The translations under genes and the position numbers were made by a program. The notes under the pieces are model-generated. The model made no database searches and had not been told where the DNA came from. It saw only the letters and a list, made by a program, of their open reading frames with translations. A stretch of 64,000 nucleotides of DNA, taken from assembly GCF_009914755.1 (NCBI RefSeq), contig NC_060948.1; one strand, written 5' to 3'. Below are positions 14,370-29,112 of the stretch, one piece after another. Position 1 is the first letter of the stretch, and the number at the start of each line of letters is the position of its first letter. This stretch comes from the human T2T-CHM13v2.0 reference genome, Homo sapiens.

Positions 14370-17300
14370 GGACCCAAATGTAATGGACTGGAATGGAATG
14401 CACTCAAATAGAATGGATTCAAAAGGAATGGTCTCGAATAGAATTTATTCAAATACAATGGAATCAAATGGAATGCAATGGCATGGAATGGAATCTAATG
14501 AAATGGAATCGAATGGAATGTAGCGGGATGGAGAGGACTGGAACATAATGGAATCGAACGGACTGGAATCCAATTTAAAGGAATGCAATGGAATTGAGTG
14601 GAAAGGAATGGAATGGAATGGACTCGAAAGTAATGTAGTTGAATGGAATGGAATCGAAAGGAATGGACTGAACTGGAATGAATTCGGGTGGAATGGACAA
14701 CAGTGGAATGTACTCGAATTGAAAGGAAATAAAGGGAATGGAATGGAATGGAATGGAATGGAATGGAATGGAATGGAATGGAATGGAATATACTGAAACG
14801 GAATAAGATGGAACGGAATGGAATGTAATGGAGTTGAATGGAATAGAATCCAATGCAATGGCATCGAATGGAATGGAATGGAATGGACTCGAATAGAATG
14901 GATTTGAAAGGAATAGAATTGAATAAAATGGCAAGGAATGGAATGGAATGGAATGGAATGGAATGGAATGGAATGGAATGGAATGGACCGGAAAGCAATG
15001 GACTGAAATAGAAACGGACTCGAATGTATTGGATTGCAATGTAATTGATTCGAAGAAATTGGAATCAAATGGAATATAATCGTACGTAATGGAATGAAAT
15101 GCAATGGAAATGAATAGAGTGGAATGCAATGGAAAGGAACGGAGTGGAATCGAATGGAATGGAATCGAATTGAATGGAATAGAATTGAATGGAATAGAAT
15201 GGAATGAACTCGAATTGAATGGGGTCCAATGGAATTGAATCGAATGGATTGGAATCTAATGGAATGGAATTGAATGGTATGGATAGGAATAGAATGGAAT
15301 GGAGTGTAATGGAAAGATATAGAATGGAATGGAATGGAGTCGAATGGAATGGAGAGGAATGGAATGGACTCGAACGGAATGGACTGGAGTGGAATGGAAT
15401 ATATTGGAATGGAAATAAAAGGAATGGAAGGGAATGGAAAGGTATAGAATGGAATGGAATAGGATGGAACAGAATGGAATTGAATGGAGTCGAATTGAAT
15501 GGAATCAAACTGTATGGTAATGAACGGAATGGAATGGAATGGAATGGAATGGAATTGAAAGGAATGGACTCAAATGGAATAGAATCGAACTGAATGGCAT
15601 CGAATGGAATTGAATGGAATGGAATGGCATGGAATGGAATCAAATGCAATGGACTCGAATAGAGTGGACTCAAATTTAATAGACTAGAAAGGAAGGGTCT
15701 CAAATGTATTTTATTCGAATAGAATGGAAAGGAATGGAATGCAATAGTATTAAATGGAATCGAATGGAATGGAATGGAGTGGAATAGAACAGACTAGAAT
15801 ATAATGGACTGCAATGTAATTGATTCAAATGGAATGGAATCGAATGGAATGTAATCAAATGGAATGGAATGGAATGCAATGAAATGAAATGGAATGGAAT
15901 GGAATACAATGGAATGGAACGGAGTGGAATCGAGTGGAATGGAATAGAATGGAATGGAATCGAATTGAATGGAATCAAATGGAATGGACAGGAATGGAAT
16001 GGACACGAATGGAGTGGACGGGAACAAAATCGAATTTAACGGATTGGAATGGAATGGAACGCAAAGGAATGGAATGGAATGGAATGGAAAAAGGAATGGA
16101 CTCGAATGGAAATTAGTCAAATTGAATGGAACAACATGGAATGGAATTGAATGGAATCGAAATTAAAGGAATGGAATGGAGTGAAATGGAAAGATATCGT
16201 AAGCAATGGAATGGAATGGAATGGAATGGAATTGAATGGACTGAAATGGAATTGACTCGAATGGAATGGACTTGAGTGGAATGTACATGAGTGAAATAGA
16301 ATAGAATGGCTTGGCTTTGAATGGAATGGAATGTAATGGAATGGAGGGTAAAGAAAAGATATCGAACAGAATGGATTGGAATGGAATAGACTAGAATGGA
16401 ATGGACTGGAATGGGATGGAATTGAATGGAATGGACTCCAATGGAATAGAATAGAAAGGAATGGCAATGAATGGACTGGAATGGAAGGGAATGGAATGGA
16501 ATTGAATGCAAAGGAATGGACCTAATGCAACGGAATCGAATGGAATGGACTCAAATAGCATGGACGTGAAAGGAATGGTGTCGAATGGAATTTAGTCGAA
16601 TAGAATGGAATCCCATGGAATGTCATAGTATGGAATGGAAACGAATGGAATGGCATCGAATGGAATGGACTGAAATAGAATGGACTCTCAGGTAATGGAT
16701 TGAAATGTAATAGATTTGAATGGAATGGAATTGTTTAGAATGTAATCAAATGGAATGGAATGGAATGCAATTTAAAGCAATATAATGGAAGGCTACGGAA
16801 TGGAACATAGTGGAATCGATTGGATTGGAATTGAATGGAGTGGAATAGTTTGGAATGAAACTGAATGGAATGGAATGGAAAGGAATGGACTCGAATGAAG
16901 TGGACAGAAATGCAATGGACTTGAATTTATAGGGCTGGGATACAATGGATTGGAATGCAATGGAGGGGAATGGAATGGAATGGAATGGAATGGAATGGAA
17001 TGGAATGGACTCGAATAAAACGGAGTCAAATGGAATGGAATCGAATGGAATGGACTGCAACGGAATGGATTAGAATAGAATGAACTGGAGAGGAATGGAC
17101 TAGAAAGGAAAGGAAACCGATGGAATGGAATGGAATGGAATAGAATGGAATGGAATGGAATGGAAACGAATATAATGGAATGGAATCAGATGCAACCGAA
17201 TGGAATGGAACGGAGTTGAATGGTTTAGTATCCAATGGAATGGCATGGCATGGAATGGAATGGAATGCAATGGAATGGAATGAAATATAATGGACTCTAA

Positions 17301-19155
17301 TTGAATGGACTCGAATGAATAGAATCGAATGTAATGGCATCGAATTGAATGGAATGGAATAGAATGGAAAGGAATTGACCCAAATATAATGGACGCAAAT
17401 AGAATTGACTCAAATAGAATGGATATGAAAGGAATGGTCTCGAATGTAATTTATTTGAATAGAATGGAATCGAAAAGAATGCAATAGTATGGAATGGAAT
17501 CCAACGGAATGGAATAGAATGTAATGGAATGGAATAGAATGGACTGGAATAGAACAGACTCGAATGTAATGGATGGCAATGTAACTGATTTGAATGGAAT
17601 GGAATCGAATGGAATATAATCTAATGGAATTGAATAGAATGCAATGGAATGGAATATAATGGAATGCAATGGAATGGAACGTAGTGTAATCGAGTGAAAT
17701 GGAATAGAACAGAACGGAATCAGATGGAATCCCATCTAATCGAATGGACTGGAAAGGAGTGGACTAGAATGGAATGGACTGGAACAAAATGGAATCAAAT
17801 GGATTGGAATGAAATGCAACAGAATGGAGTGGAATTGAATAGAACAGAATGGACTCGAATGGAATGGAGTCGAATGGAGTTGAATGGAACGGAATTGAAT
17901 GGAATGGAATTGAATGGAACTGAAAGGAATAGAATCGAATGGAGTGTAATGGAAAGATATTGAATGGAATGGAATGGAATGAACTCGAATGGAATGGATT
18001 CGAAAGGGATGGAACTCAATGGAATGGATTCGAATTGAATGGAATCAAAAGGAATAGCATGGAATGGAGTGTAATGGAAAGATGTCGAATGGAATAGAAC
18101 AGACTCGAATGGAATGGATTCGAGTGGAATGGAATCGAATGGAATGGAATCGAATGGAATGGAATCGAATGGATTCGAATTGAACAGAATCAAAAGGAAT
18201 AGAATGTAATGGAATGGAATGGAAGGATGTCGAATGGAATGGAATGGAAAGGAATGGACTCGAATGGAATGGACTGGAATGGAGTGGACACGAATGGAAT
18301 GGACTGGAGTGGAACGGACTAGAATGGAATGGCAATGAATAGACTGGAATGGAATGGAATTGAAAGGAAGAGAATGCATTGGAATCGGATGGAATGAAAT
18401 GGAAAGGAATGTAGTCGAATGGAATAGAAACGAAAGGAATGGCATTGAATGGATTGGAATGGAATGGAATAAAATGGAATGGACTCAAATTGAATGTATT
18501 CGAATGGAATAGAATCAAAAGGAATAGCATTGAATGGAATGGAATGGAATGGAATGGAATGGAATGGAATGGAATGGAATGGACTCAAATGAAATGGACT
18601 TGAATGGAATGGACTCAACTACAATGGCATCGAAAGGAATGGCCCTGAATGCAATTTATTCTATAAGAATGAAATCAAATGGAATGCAATAGAATTGAAT
18701 GGAATTGAAAGGAATGGAATCAAATGGAATGTACCAGAATGGAATGGACAGGAATAGAACGGACTCAAATGTAATTTTTTGCAATGTAACTGATTGGAAA
18801 GGAGTGGAATCAAATGGCCTGCAATCAAATGGAATGGAATGGAATGCAATTGAATGGAGCGGAGTGGAATCGAATGGAATGGACGCAAATGGAATGGAAT
18901 CGAACAGAATGGACAGGAATGAAATGGACTCGAATGTAATGGACTGGAACAAAAAGGAATCGAGTGGATTGGAATCGAACGGAATTTAATGTAGTGGACT
19001 CCAATGGAATGGAGTCAAATGGAATGTAATCGAATAGAATGGATTCGAATGGAATAGAATGGAGTTGAAAGGAATAGAATGGAATGGAGTGTAATGGAAA
19101 GATATCGAATGGAATGGAATGGAACGGAATGGAAACGAATGGAATGGACTGGAAT

Positions 19156-19170
19156 TGAAAGTTCTCGAAT
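19156..19170. promoter_or_regulatory. Perfect three-unit heat shock element motif (nGAAnnTTCnnGAAn)
   Basis: tGAAagTTCtcGAAt matches the canonical HSF1 HSE pattern. This is a motif match only, and function is not shown. Confidence 0.4.
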
Positions 19171-22100
19171 GGAATAAACTGAAGTGGTGTGGACTCGAAT
19201 GGAATGGATATCAATGTAATGGAATGGAATGGATTGGAATGGAATTGAATGGAACAGAAAGGAAGAGAACAGAATGCAATTTGAAGGAACGGAATAGAAT
19301 GGAATGGAGTCGAATGGAATAAAGTCGAATGGAATGGCATCCGATGGAATGGAATGGAATGGAATGGAATGGAATGGAATGGAATGGAATGGAATGGATT
19401 ATAATGGAATGGATTCAAACGGAATGTACTCGAATGCAATAGAATCGAATGGAATGGCATTGAATGCAATGGAATGGAATGGAATGGACCCAAATGTTAT
19501 GGACCCAAATGGAATGGACTCAAATAGAATGGAGTTAAAGGAATGGTTTCGAATGGAATTGATTTGAATGGACTGGAATCGAATGGAATGCAATACTATG
19601 GAATGGAATCGAATGGAATTCAATAGAATGGAATCGACCAGAATGGAATGGACTGTAGTAGAAACTGACTAGAATGTAATGGATTGCAATGTAATTGATT
19701 CAAATAGACTGGAATTGAATGGAATGAAATTGTATGTAAGGGAATGGAACACAATAGAAATGAAAGCAATGGAATGCAATGGAATGCAATGGAAAGGAAA
19801 GGAGTGTAATCAAGTGGAATGGAATCGAATTTAATGGAAATGAATGGAATGTAATCGAATGGAATGGACTGGAATGGAATAGAATCGAATGGAATAGACT
19901 GGAAAAAAATGGAATCGAATTGATTGGAATCGAACGGAAAGGAATTGAATGGAATGGAAAGGAATGGAATCGATAGGAATGGAATCAAATGGAAGGGAAT
20001 CGAATGGAATGGAATCAAATAGAATGGAACTGAATGGTATCTAAAGGAATAGAATGGAATTGAGTGTAATGGAAAGATATCGATTTGAATTGAAAGAAAT
20101 GGAATGGAGTCAAATGGAATGGATAGTAATGGAATTGACTTGAATGGAATGGACTGGAGTGGAATGGAATATAATGGAATGGAAATGAATGTAATATGGA
20201 ATAGAAAGTTATAGAATGGAATGGAATTGGATGGAAAGGAATGAAATGGAATGGAGTCAAATTGAATGGAATTGAATGCAATTGCATCTAAAGGAATTGA
20301 ATGGAATGGAATGGAATGGAATGGAATGGAATGGAATGGAATGGAATGGAATGGACCCAAATGTAATGGACTCCAGTGGAGTGGACTCAAATAGAACAGA
20401 CTCGAAAGGAGTCGTTTTGAATGGAATTTCTTCGAATTGAATGTAATCGAAAAGACTGCAGTATTATAGAACAGAATCCAATGAAAAGGAATCGAATGGA
20501 ATGGACCAAAATGGAATGGGCTGGAATAGAAAGGGCTTGAATGTAATGGATTGCAATTTAAATGATGTGAATGGAATGGAATCGAATGGAATGTAACCAA
20601 ATGGAATGGAATGGAATGCAATTGAATGGAATGGAGTGGAATCGAGTGGAATGGAATCAAGTGGAGTAAACCGGAAGGGAATTGTCAGGAATTAAATGGA
20701 CTCGAATATAATGGATTGCAATGTATTTGGTTTGAATGGAATGGTTACAAATAAAATGCAATCAAACGGAAAGGAATGGTATGCAATGGAATGGAATAGA
20801 ATGGAATGCAATAAAATTTAATGGATTGGAATCGAGTGGAATGGAATCAAATGGAATAGAATCGAATCAGGTGGAATCAAATGGAATGGACTGGAATACA
20901 ATGGACCCGAATGGAATTGACTGCAACCAAATGGAACCGAAAGATTGGAATCGAAAGGAACGGATTGGAATGGAATAAATTGGAATGTACTCAAATGGAA
21001 AGGACTTGAATGGAATGGAACCGAATGGAATGGAATCGAATGGAATGGAATTGAATGGAATCGAAAGAAATAGAATGGAATGGATTGTAATGAAAAGATA
21101 TGGAATGGAATGGAATGGAATGGAATGGAATGGAATGGAATGGAATGGAATGGATTCTAATGGAATGGTGTCGAATGGAATGAAATTGAATGGAATGGAA
21201 TCGAATGTAATGAAATTGAATAGAATCAAAAGGAATAGAATGGAAAGGAATGGAATGGAAAGATATCGAATGAAAAGGAATGGAATGAAATGGACTCGAA
21301 TGGAATGGATTGGAATGGAATGCACTTGAATGGAGTGGACTGGAGAAGAATGGACTCAAATGGAAAACAAACGAATGGAATGGCATGGAATGGAATCGAA
21401 TGGAATGCAATAGAACGGAATGGAATTGGATGGAATGGAAAGGAATGGAATGGAGTCGAATGGAATATAATCGAAAGGAATGCAAAGAATGGAAAGGAAA
21501 GGAATGGAATGGAATGGAATGGAATGGAATGGAATGGAATGGAATGGAATGGACTCGAACGGAATGGACTAGAAAGGAATAGAATCGAATAGAATGGCAG
21601 CGAGTGGAATGGAACGGAATTGAACGGAATGGAAAGGAAGCAAACTTAATGGAATCCAAAGGAATGGACTCAAATAGAATGGACAAGAAGGCAAGGGTCT
21701 ATACTGGAATTTATTCGAATAGAATGGTATCATATGGAATGCAATAGTATGGAATGGAATTGAATCAAATGGAATAGAATCGGATGGACCGGAATAAAAT
21801 GTATTGGAATAGAATGGACTCGAATGTAATTGATTACAATTAAATTGATTCGAATGGAATGGAATCGAGTTTAATATAATCAAATGGAATGGGGTGGAAT
21901 GCAATGGAATAGAATAGAATGGAATGCAATGAAATGGAATAGAATAGAATGCAACGGAAAGGGACAGAGTGGAATCGAGTGGAAACGAATCGAATGGGAA
22001 GGAATTGAATGGAATGGAATCGAATGAAATGGACTGGAATGTAATGGAATCAAGTGGAATGGACTCGAACAAAATGGAATCAAATGGATTTGAATCAAAA

Positions 22101-23544
22101 GGAACGGAATGGAATGGAATGGAATGCAATGGACTCGAATGGAATTGAGTCCAATGAAACGGAATTGAATAGAATGGAATGAAATGGAATGTATTTGAAT
22201 GGAATCACGAGGAATAGAATGGAATGGAGTGAAATGGAATGATATCGAATGTAATGTAATGGAATGTAATGGAATGGACTCGAATGGAATTGAATGGAAA
22301 GGAATGGACCCGAATGAAACTGATTGGTGTGGAATGGAATCGAATGGAATGGAAAGGAAAGGAATGGAATGGAAAGGAATAGGATGGAATGGAATGGATG
22401 GAATGGAATGGAATGGAATGGAATGGAGTCGAATGGAATAGAATCAAAAGGTTTGGCCTTCACTGGAATGGAATGGAATTTAATGGAATGGAATGGACTC
22501 GAATGGAATGGACTCTAATGGGTTAGAATCGAATGGAATGGCATGGAATGGAAAGGAAATGAATGGAATGGAATGGAAAGGAATGTAAAGGACCCAAATG
22601 TAATGGACTCGAATAGAATGGACTCAAATAGAATGGACAGAAAAGGAAAGGTATCGAATATAATTTATTCAAATAGAAAGGAATAGAAAGTAATTCAATA
22701 TTATGTAATGGAATCGAATGGAATGGAATCGAATGGAATGTACCAGAATGGAATGGACTGGGATAGAACGGACTCAAATGTGATGGATAGAAATGTATTT
22801 GATTCAAATGCCTTGCAATCGAATGAAATGAAATCAAATGGAATGGAAGGGAATTAAATGGAATGGAAGATTATAGAAATCAATAGAATGGAAGGTAGTG
22901 GAATTGAGTGGAATGGCATCGAATGGAATGTAATCGAATGGAATGGACTGGAAAGGAATGGATTCGAATGGAATGGAATGGAACAAAATGTAATAGAACG
23001 GATTGAAGTCGAACGGAAAGGAATGAAATGGAATGGAAAGGAATGGAATGAAATGCACTATAATGGAATGGAGTCGAATGTAATGGAATCGAATGTAATG
23101 GAATCAAATGGAATGGAATCTAGTGGAATGAAATTGAACAGAATCGAAAGGAAAAGAATGGAATGGAGTACAATGGAAAGATATCGAATGGAATGGAATA
23201 GAATGGAATGGACTTGAAAGGAATGGAGGGCAATGGAGTGGAGTTTAGTGGAATGCACTCGAATGGAATGGAAACAAATGGAATCGAATGGAATGGAATG
23301 AAATGGAAAGGAATGGAATGGGATGGACAGGAAGAGAATGGAATGGTATCACATGGAACGGAATTGAATGGACTGGAGATGAAATTAATAGAACACAATG
23401 GAATGGCATTGAATGGAATGGAATGCAAAGAAATGGAATAGACTCGAATGGAATGGACTCAAAAGGAATAGAATGGAATGGAATGGCATCCATAGGAATG
23501 GAATGCAATGGAATGGAATGGAATGGAATGGAATGGAATGGAAT

Positions 23545-23611
23545 GGGATGGGATGGGATGGGATGGGATGGGATGGGATGGGATGGGATGGAATGGAATG
23601 GGATGGGGTGG
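23545..23611 (+). repeat. (GGGAT)9 variant microsatellite, predicted G-quadruplex motif
   Basis: Nine perfect GGGAT copies at 23545-23589, followed by GGAATGGAATGGGATGGGGTGG. This fits the G3-N1-7 x4 pattern twice over. Confidence 0.9.
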
Positions 23612-26600
23612 TTTAAAATGTAATGGACACGAATGGATTGGACTCAAATACAATGGACTCGAAAGGAATGGTTTTTAATGGAATTTATTCGAATGGAATG
23701 GAATTGAAAGGAAAGCAATAGTATGGAATGGAATCGAATGGAATGCACCGGAATGGAATGAAAGCTATAGAACGGATTCGAATGTAGTGGATTGCAACAT
23801 AGTTGATTCTAATAAACAGGAATTGAATGGAATAGAATCAAATGGAATGGAATGGAATGGAATGGAATGGAACAGAGTGCAATTGAGTGGAATGAAATCG
23901 AATGGAGTGGAAAAGAATCGAATGAAATAATATGGAAAGGACCTTGATGGAATGGACTCGAATGGAATGGAATGGAAAAAAATAGAATCAAACGGATTGG
24001 AATCGAGCAGAAAGGAATGGAATGGAATAGACTGGAATAGAACAGACTCGAATGTAATATACTGCAATTTAATTGATTTGAATGGAAAGGAATTGTATGG
24101 AATGTATTCAAATGGATTGGAATCGAAAGCAGTGGAATGGAAGAGAGGGGAGTGCAATGGAATGAAACGGAGTAGAACTCAGTGGAATGGAATTGAATGG
24201 AATGCAATCGAATGGAATAGAATCAAATGGAATGGAATCGATTGGAAAGGACTGGTGTGGAATGGACTCGAAAGGAATGGAAACAATTGTAATGGAATGG
24301 AATGGAATGAAAAGGAATGAAATGGTGTGGAATCAGATGGAACAGAATGGAATGGAATGGATTCGAATGGAATAATATCCATTGGAATGACGTCGAATGG
24401 AATGGAATGGAATGGAGAGGAATGGAATGAAATGGTATATACTCGAATTGAATGAACTCCAATGGAATAGAATCGAATGGAATGGCATCGAATTGAATGG
24501 AATGGAATGGAATGGACCCAAAAATAGTGGACACAAAAGGAATGGACTCAAATAGAATGTATTCGAATGGAATGGTCTTGAATGGAATTTATTCGAATAC
24601 AATGGAATCGAAAGGAATTCAGTGGATTGGAATGGAATCGAATGCAATGGAATCGAATGGAATGAATCGGAATGGAATGGAAGGGAATACAATGGAATCG
24701 AACATAATGGAGTTCAATGTAATTGATTAGAATGGAATGGTATCGAATGGAATGTAATCAAATGGAATGGAAAGGAATGCAATGGAATGGAAAAGAATGG
24801 AATGCAATGGAATAGAATGGAGTCAAATTGAGTGGAATGGAATCATATGGAATTGATTCAAATGGAATGGATTCGTTTGGAATGCACTGGAATGGAATGG
24901 ATTAGAATGGAATGGACTGGAAAAAATTTGAATCAAAAGGTTTGGAATCGAATGGCACGGAATAAAATGGAATGGAATGGAATGGACACAAACGAAATGG
25001 AGTCGAATGGAATGGACTGGATTGGAATTGAATGGAATGGAAACGAGTGGTTTGGAATGGATTGGAATGGAATGGAATGCAGAATGGAATGGAATGGAAT
25101 GGAATGGAAATTAAAAGAATGGAATGCAATCGGATGGAATGGAAAGGAATGGAATGGAGTCGAATGGAATAGAATAGAATGCAATGTCATCAAATGGAAT
25201 GGAAAGGAATGGAATGGAATGGAATGGACTCGAATGGAATGGGTTCGAAGGGTATAGAGTCGAATGGAATGGCAATGAATGGAAAGGAGTGGAATGGAAT
25301 AGAATGGACTCAAATGTAATGGACTCAAATGGAATGGACTCAAGTAGAATGGACTCAAAACAATGGTCTCGAATGGTATTTCTTCGAATGCAATGGAATC
25401 GAATGGAATGCAATAGTATGCAATGGAATCTAATGGAATGGAATCGAAGGGAATGGACCGGAATGCAATGAACTGGAATGGAACTGACTCAAATGTAATG
25501 GATTGCAAAGTAATTGATTCGAATGGAATGGAATCGAATGACATGGAATGGAAACGAATGGAATGGAAAGGAATGGAATGGAATGGAAAAGAATAGAATG
25601 GAATGGAATCAGAAGGAACAAAATGGAATGGAATGAGGTTGAATGGAATAGAAACGAAAGGAATGCCAACAAATGGAATGGACTCAAATGGAATGGACTC
25701 GAATGTAATGGAAGAGAATGGAATGTCATTGAATGAAATGGAATAGAACAGAAGGAAATGGACCCAAATGTAATGGACTCGAATGGAATGGACTCAAACA
25801 GAATGGACTTGAAAAAAATGGTCTCCAATGAAATTTATTCGTATAGAATGGAACTGAATGGAATGCCATTGTATGGAATGGAATTGAATGGAATGGAACT
25901 GAATGGAACGGACCGGAATGGAATGGACTGGAATAGAACGGATTTGAAAGTAATTGTTTGCAATTTAATAGATTCGAATGGAATGAAATCGAAAGGAATG
26001 TAATCAAATGGAATGGAATGGAATGCAATGGAAAGGAATAGAATGGAATGCAAGGAAATGGAATAAAATGGAATTCAACGGAAAGAACGCATTGGAATGG
26101 GGTGGAATGGAAATGCATTGAATGGAATCGAATGCAATGGAATGGAATGGAATAGAATAGACTGGAATGGAAAGGAAACGAATGGAATGGGCTGGAAGAA
26201 TATTGAATAGAACTGATTGAAATCGAACCAAAAGGAATGGAATGGAATGGAGTTGAATGGAATGGAGTGGAATGGAATGCAACTGAAAGGAATGGAATTG
26301 AATGGAATCAAAAGGATTAGAACAGAATGGAGTGTAATGGAAAAATATCGAATGAAATAGAATGGACTCGATTGGAATGGACTATAATGGAAAGAACTCC
26401 AATGGAATGAACTGGAGTGGAATGGACTCGAATGGAATGGAAACGAAAGGAATGGAATGGAATGGAAAGGAATGGAATGGAATGGAATGGAATGGAATGG
26501 AATGGAATGGAATGGAATGGAATGGAATAAAATGGAACGGATTCAGGCGGAACAGAATGGAATGGAATGGAATCGAATGGAATAAAATCGAAGGCAATGG

Positions 26601-29097
26601 CATCAAATGGATGGAATGGAATAGAATGGAACGGACTTCAATGGAATAGAATCGAATGGAAGGGCATCAAATGGAATGGATTGGAATTGAAAGGAATGTA
26701 ATGGAATGGACCCAAATGTAATGGACTCGAATAGAATGGATTCAAATAGAATGTACTCGAAAAGAATGATCTCGAATGGAATTTATTCCAAAAGATTGCA
26801 ATCAAAAGGAATGCAATAGTATGGAATGGAATCGAATGAATTGAATTGAATGGAATGGACAGGAATGGAATGGACTGTAATAGAGTGGACATGAATGTAA
26901 TGGATTGCAATGTAATTGATTCGAAAGGAATGCAATCAATTGGAATGGAATGGAATGCAATGGAATGGAATAGAATGGAATGGAAGGGAATATAATGAAA
27001 TGGAATGGAAGGGAATATAATGAAATGCAATGGAATGGAATCGAATGAAATGGAATCCAATGGAATGGAATCGAACGGAATGGACTGAAATGGAAAGGAG
27101 TCGAAAATAATGGACTGGAAAAAAATGGAATCAAACGGATTGTAATCGAACGGAGCAGAATGGAATGGCACGGAAGAGAATGGAATCGAACAGAATGGAG
27201 TCGAATGGAATGGAATCCAATGGAATGGAATTGAATGGAGTTGAAAGGAATAGAATGGAATGGAGTGTCATGGAAAGGTATCAAATGGAATGGAAGAAAT
27301 GGAATGGACAGAAATACAATGGACTGGAATGGACTGGACTTAAATGGAATGGGCTGTAGTGGAATGGACTCGAATGAAATGGTAACAAATGGAATGGAAT
27401 GGAATGGAATGGAAAGTAATAGAATGGAATGGAATCAGATGGAAAGGAATGGAAAGGAATGGACTCGAAGGGAATAGAATAGAATGGAATGGCATCAAAT
27501 GGAATGGAATGGAATAGAATGGAATGGAATGGACTCGATGGGAATGTAGTCGAATGGAATGGAATCGAATTGATTGGAATTGAATAGAATGGATTTGAAT
27601 GGAATTGTAAGGAATAAAATGGAATGAAGTGTAATGGAAAGATATCGTATGGGACGGAATAGAATGGATTCCAAAGGAATGGACCGAAATGGAATGGACT
27701 CATATGGAATGGACTGCAGTGAAATGGACTCACATGGAATGGAAACAAATGGTATGGAATGGAATGGATTGGAATGGAATGGAATGGAATGGAATGGAAT
27801 GGAATGGAATGGAATGGAATAGAACAGAATAGAATGGATTGGAATAGAATGGAATGGAGTCAGATGGAATGGAATGGATTGGAATGGAGACGAATTGAAG
27901 ATAATCCAATGGAATTGCATCAAATGGAATGGAATGGACTCGAATTGAATAATCGAATGGAATAGAATTAACTGCAATGGCATGGCATCAAATGGAAAGG
28001 CATGGAATTGATTGGGATGTACCCGAATGAAATGGACTAGAAAGGAATGGACTCAAATAGAATGAAGTCAAAAGGAAGGGTCTCGAATGGAATTTATTCG
28101 AATAGACTGGAATTGAATGTAATGCAATAATATGGAATGGAATTGAATGATATGGAATCTAATGGAATGGACCCGAATGGAATGGACTGGAATACAATGG
28201 ACTCGAATGTAATGGATTGCAATGAAATTGATTCGAATGGAATGGATTCGAAAGGAAAGTAATCAAATGGAATGGAATGGAATGCAATTTAATTGAATAG
28301 AATGGAATTCAATGGAATGGAATGGAGTGGAATCGAGTTGAATGGAATTGAATGGAATGGGATTGAATCGTATAGAATCGAATGGAATGGACTGGAATGG
28401 AATGGACTCTAATGGAATGGACTGGAACAAAATGGAATTGAACTGAATGGAACAGAATGGAATGAAATGGAATGGAATCGAATGGAATGGAATTGAAAGG
28501 AATTGAAAGGAATAGAATAGAAAGGAGTCTAACGAAAAGATATTGAATGGAATGGAAAGGAATGGAATGGTCTGGAATGGAATGGACTGGAGGGGAATGG
28601 ACGTGAATCGAACGAAAATGAATGGAATGGGAAGAACAGGAAAGGAATGGAATGGAAAGGAATATAATGGAATGCTATTGTACAGAACAGAATGGAATGG
28701 AGTCGAATGGAATAGAATCAAAGGGAATGGCAGTGAATGGAATGGAATGAAATGGAATAGAATGTAATTAAATGAAATGGACTAGAATGGAAAGGATTTG
28801 AATGGAATCGAATGGAATGGAATCGCTTCAAATGGAACCGAGTGGAATGATATGGAATGGAATGGAAAGGAATAGGATGGAATGCAGTGGAATGGAATAG
28901 AGTTGAATGGAATAGAATCCATTGGAATGACATCGAATGGAATGGAATGGACTTGAATGGATGGACTCAAATGGAATAGAAACGAATGTAATGGCATCGA
29001 ATGGAATGGAATGGAATGGATTGAAATGGAACGGACTTCAATGCAACACAATCGAATGGAATAGATTCGAATGGAATGGCATCGAATGGAATGGATA

Positions 29098-29112
29098 TGA
29101 ATGTTCTGGAAT
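29098..29112. promoter_or_regulatory. Perfect three-unit heat shock element motif
   Basis: tGAAtgTTCtgGAAt. Motif match only. Confidence 0.4.
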
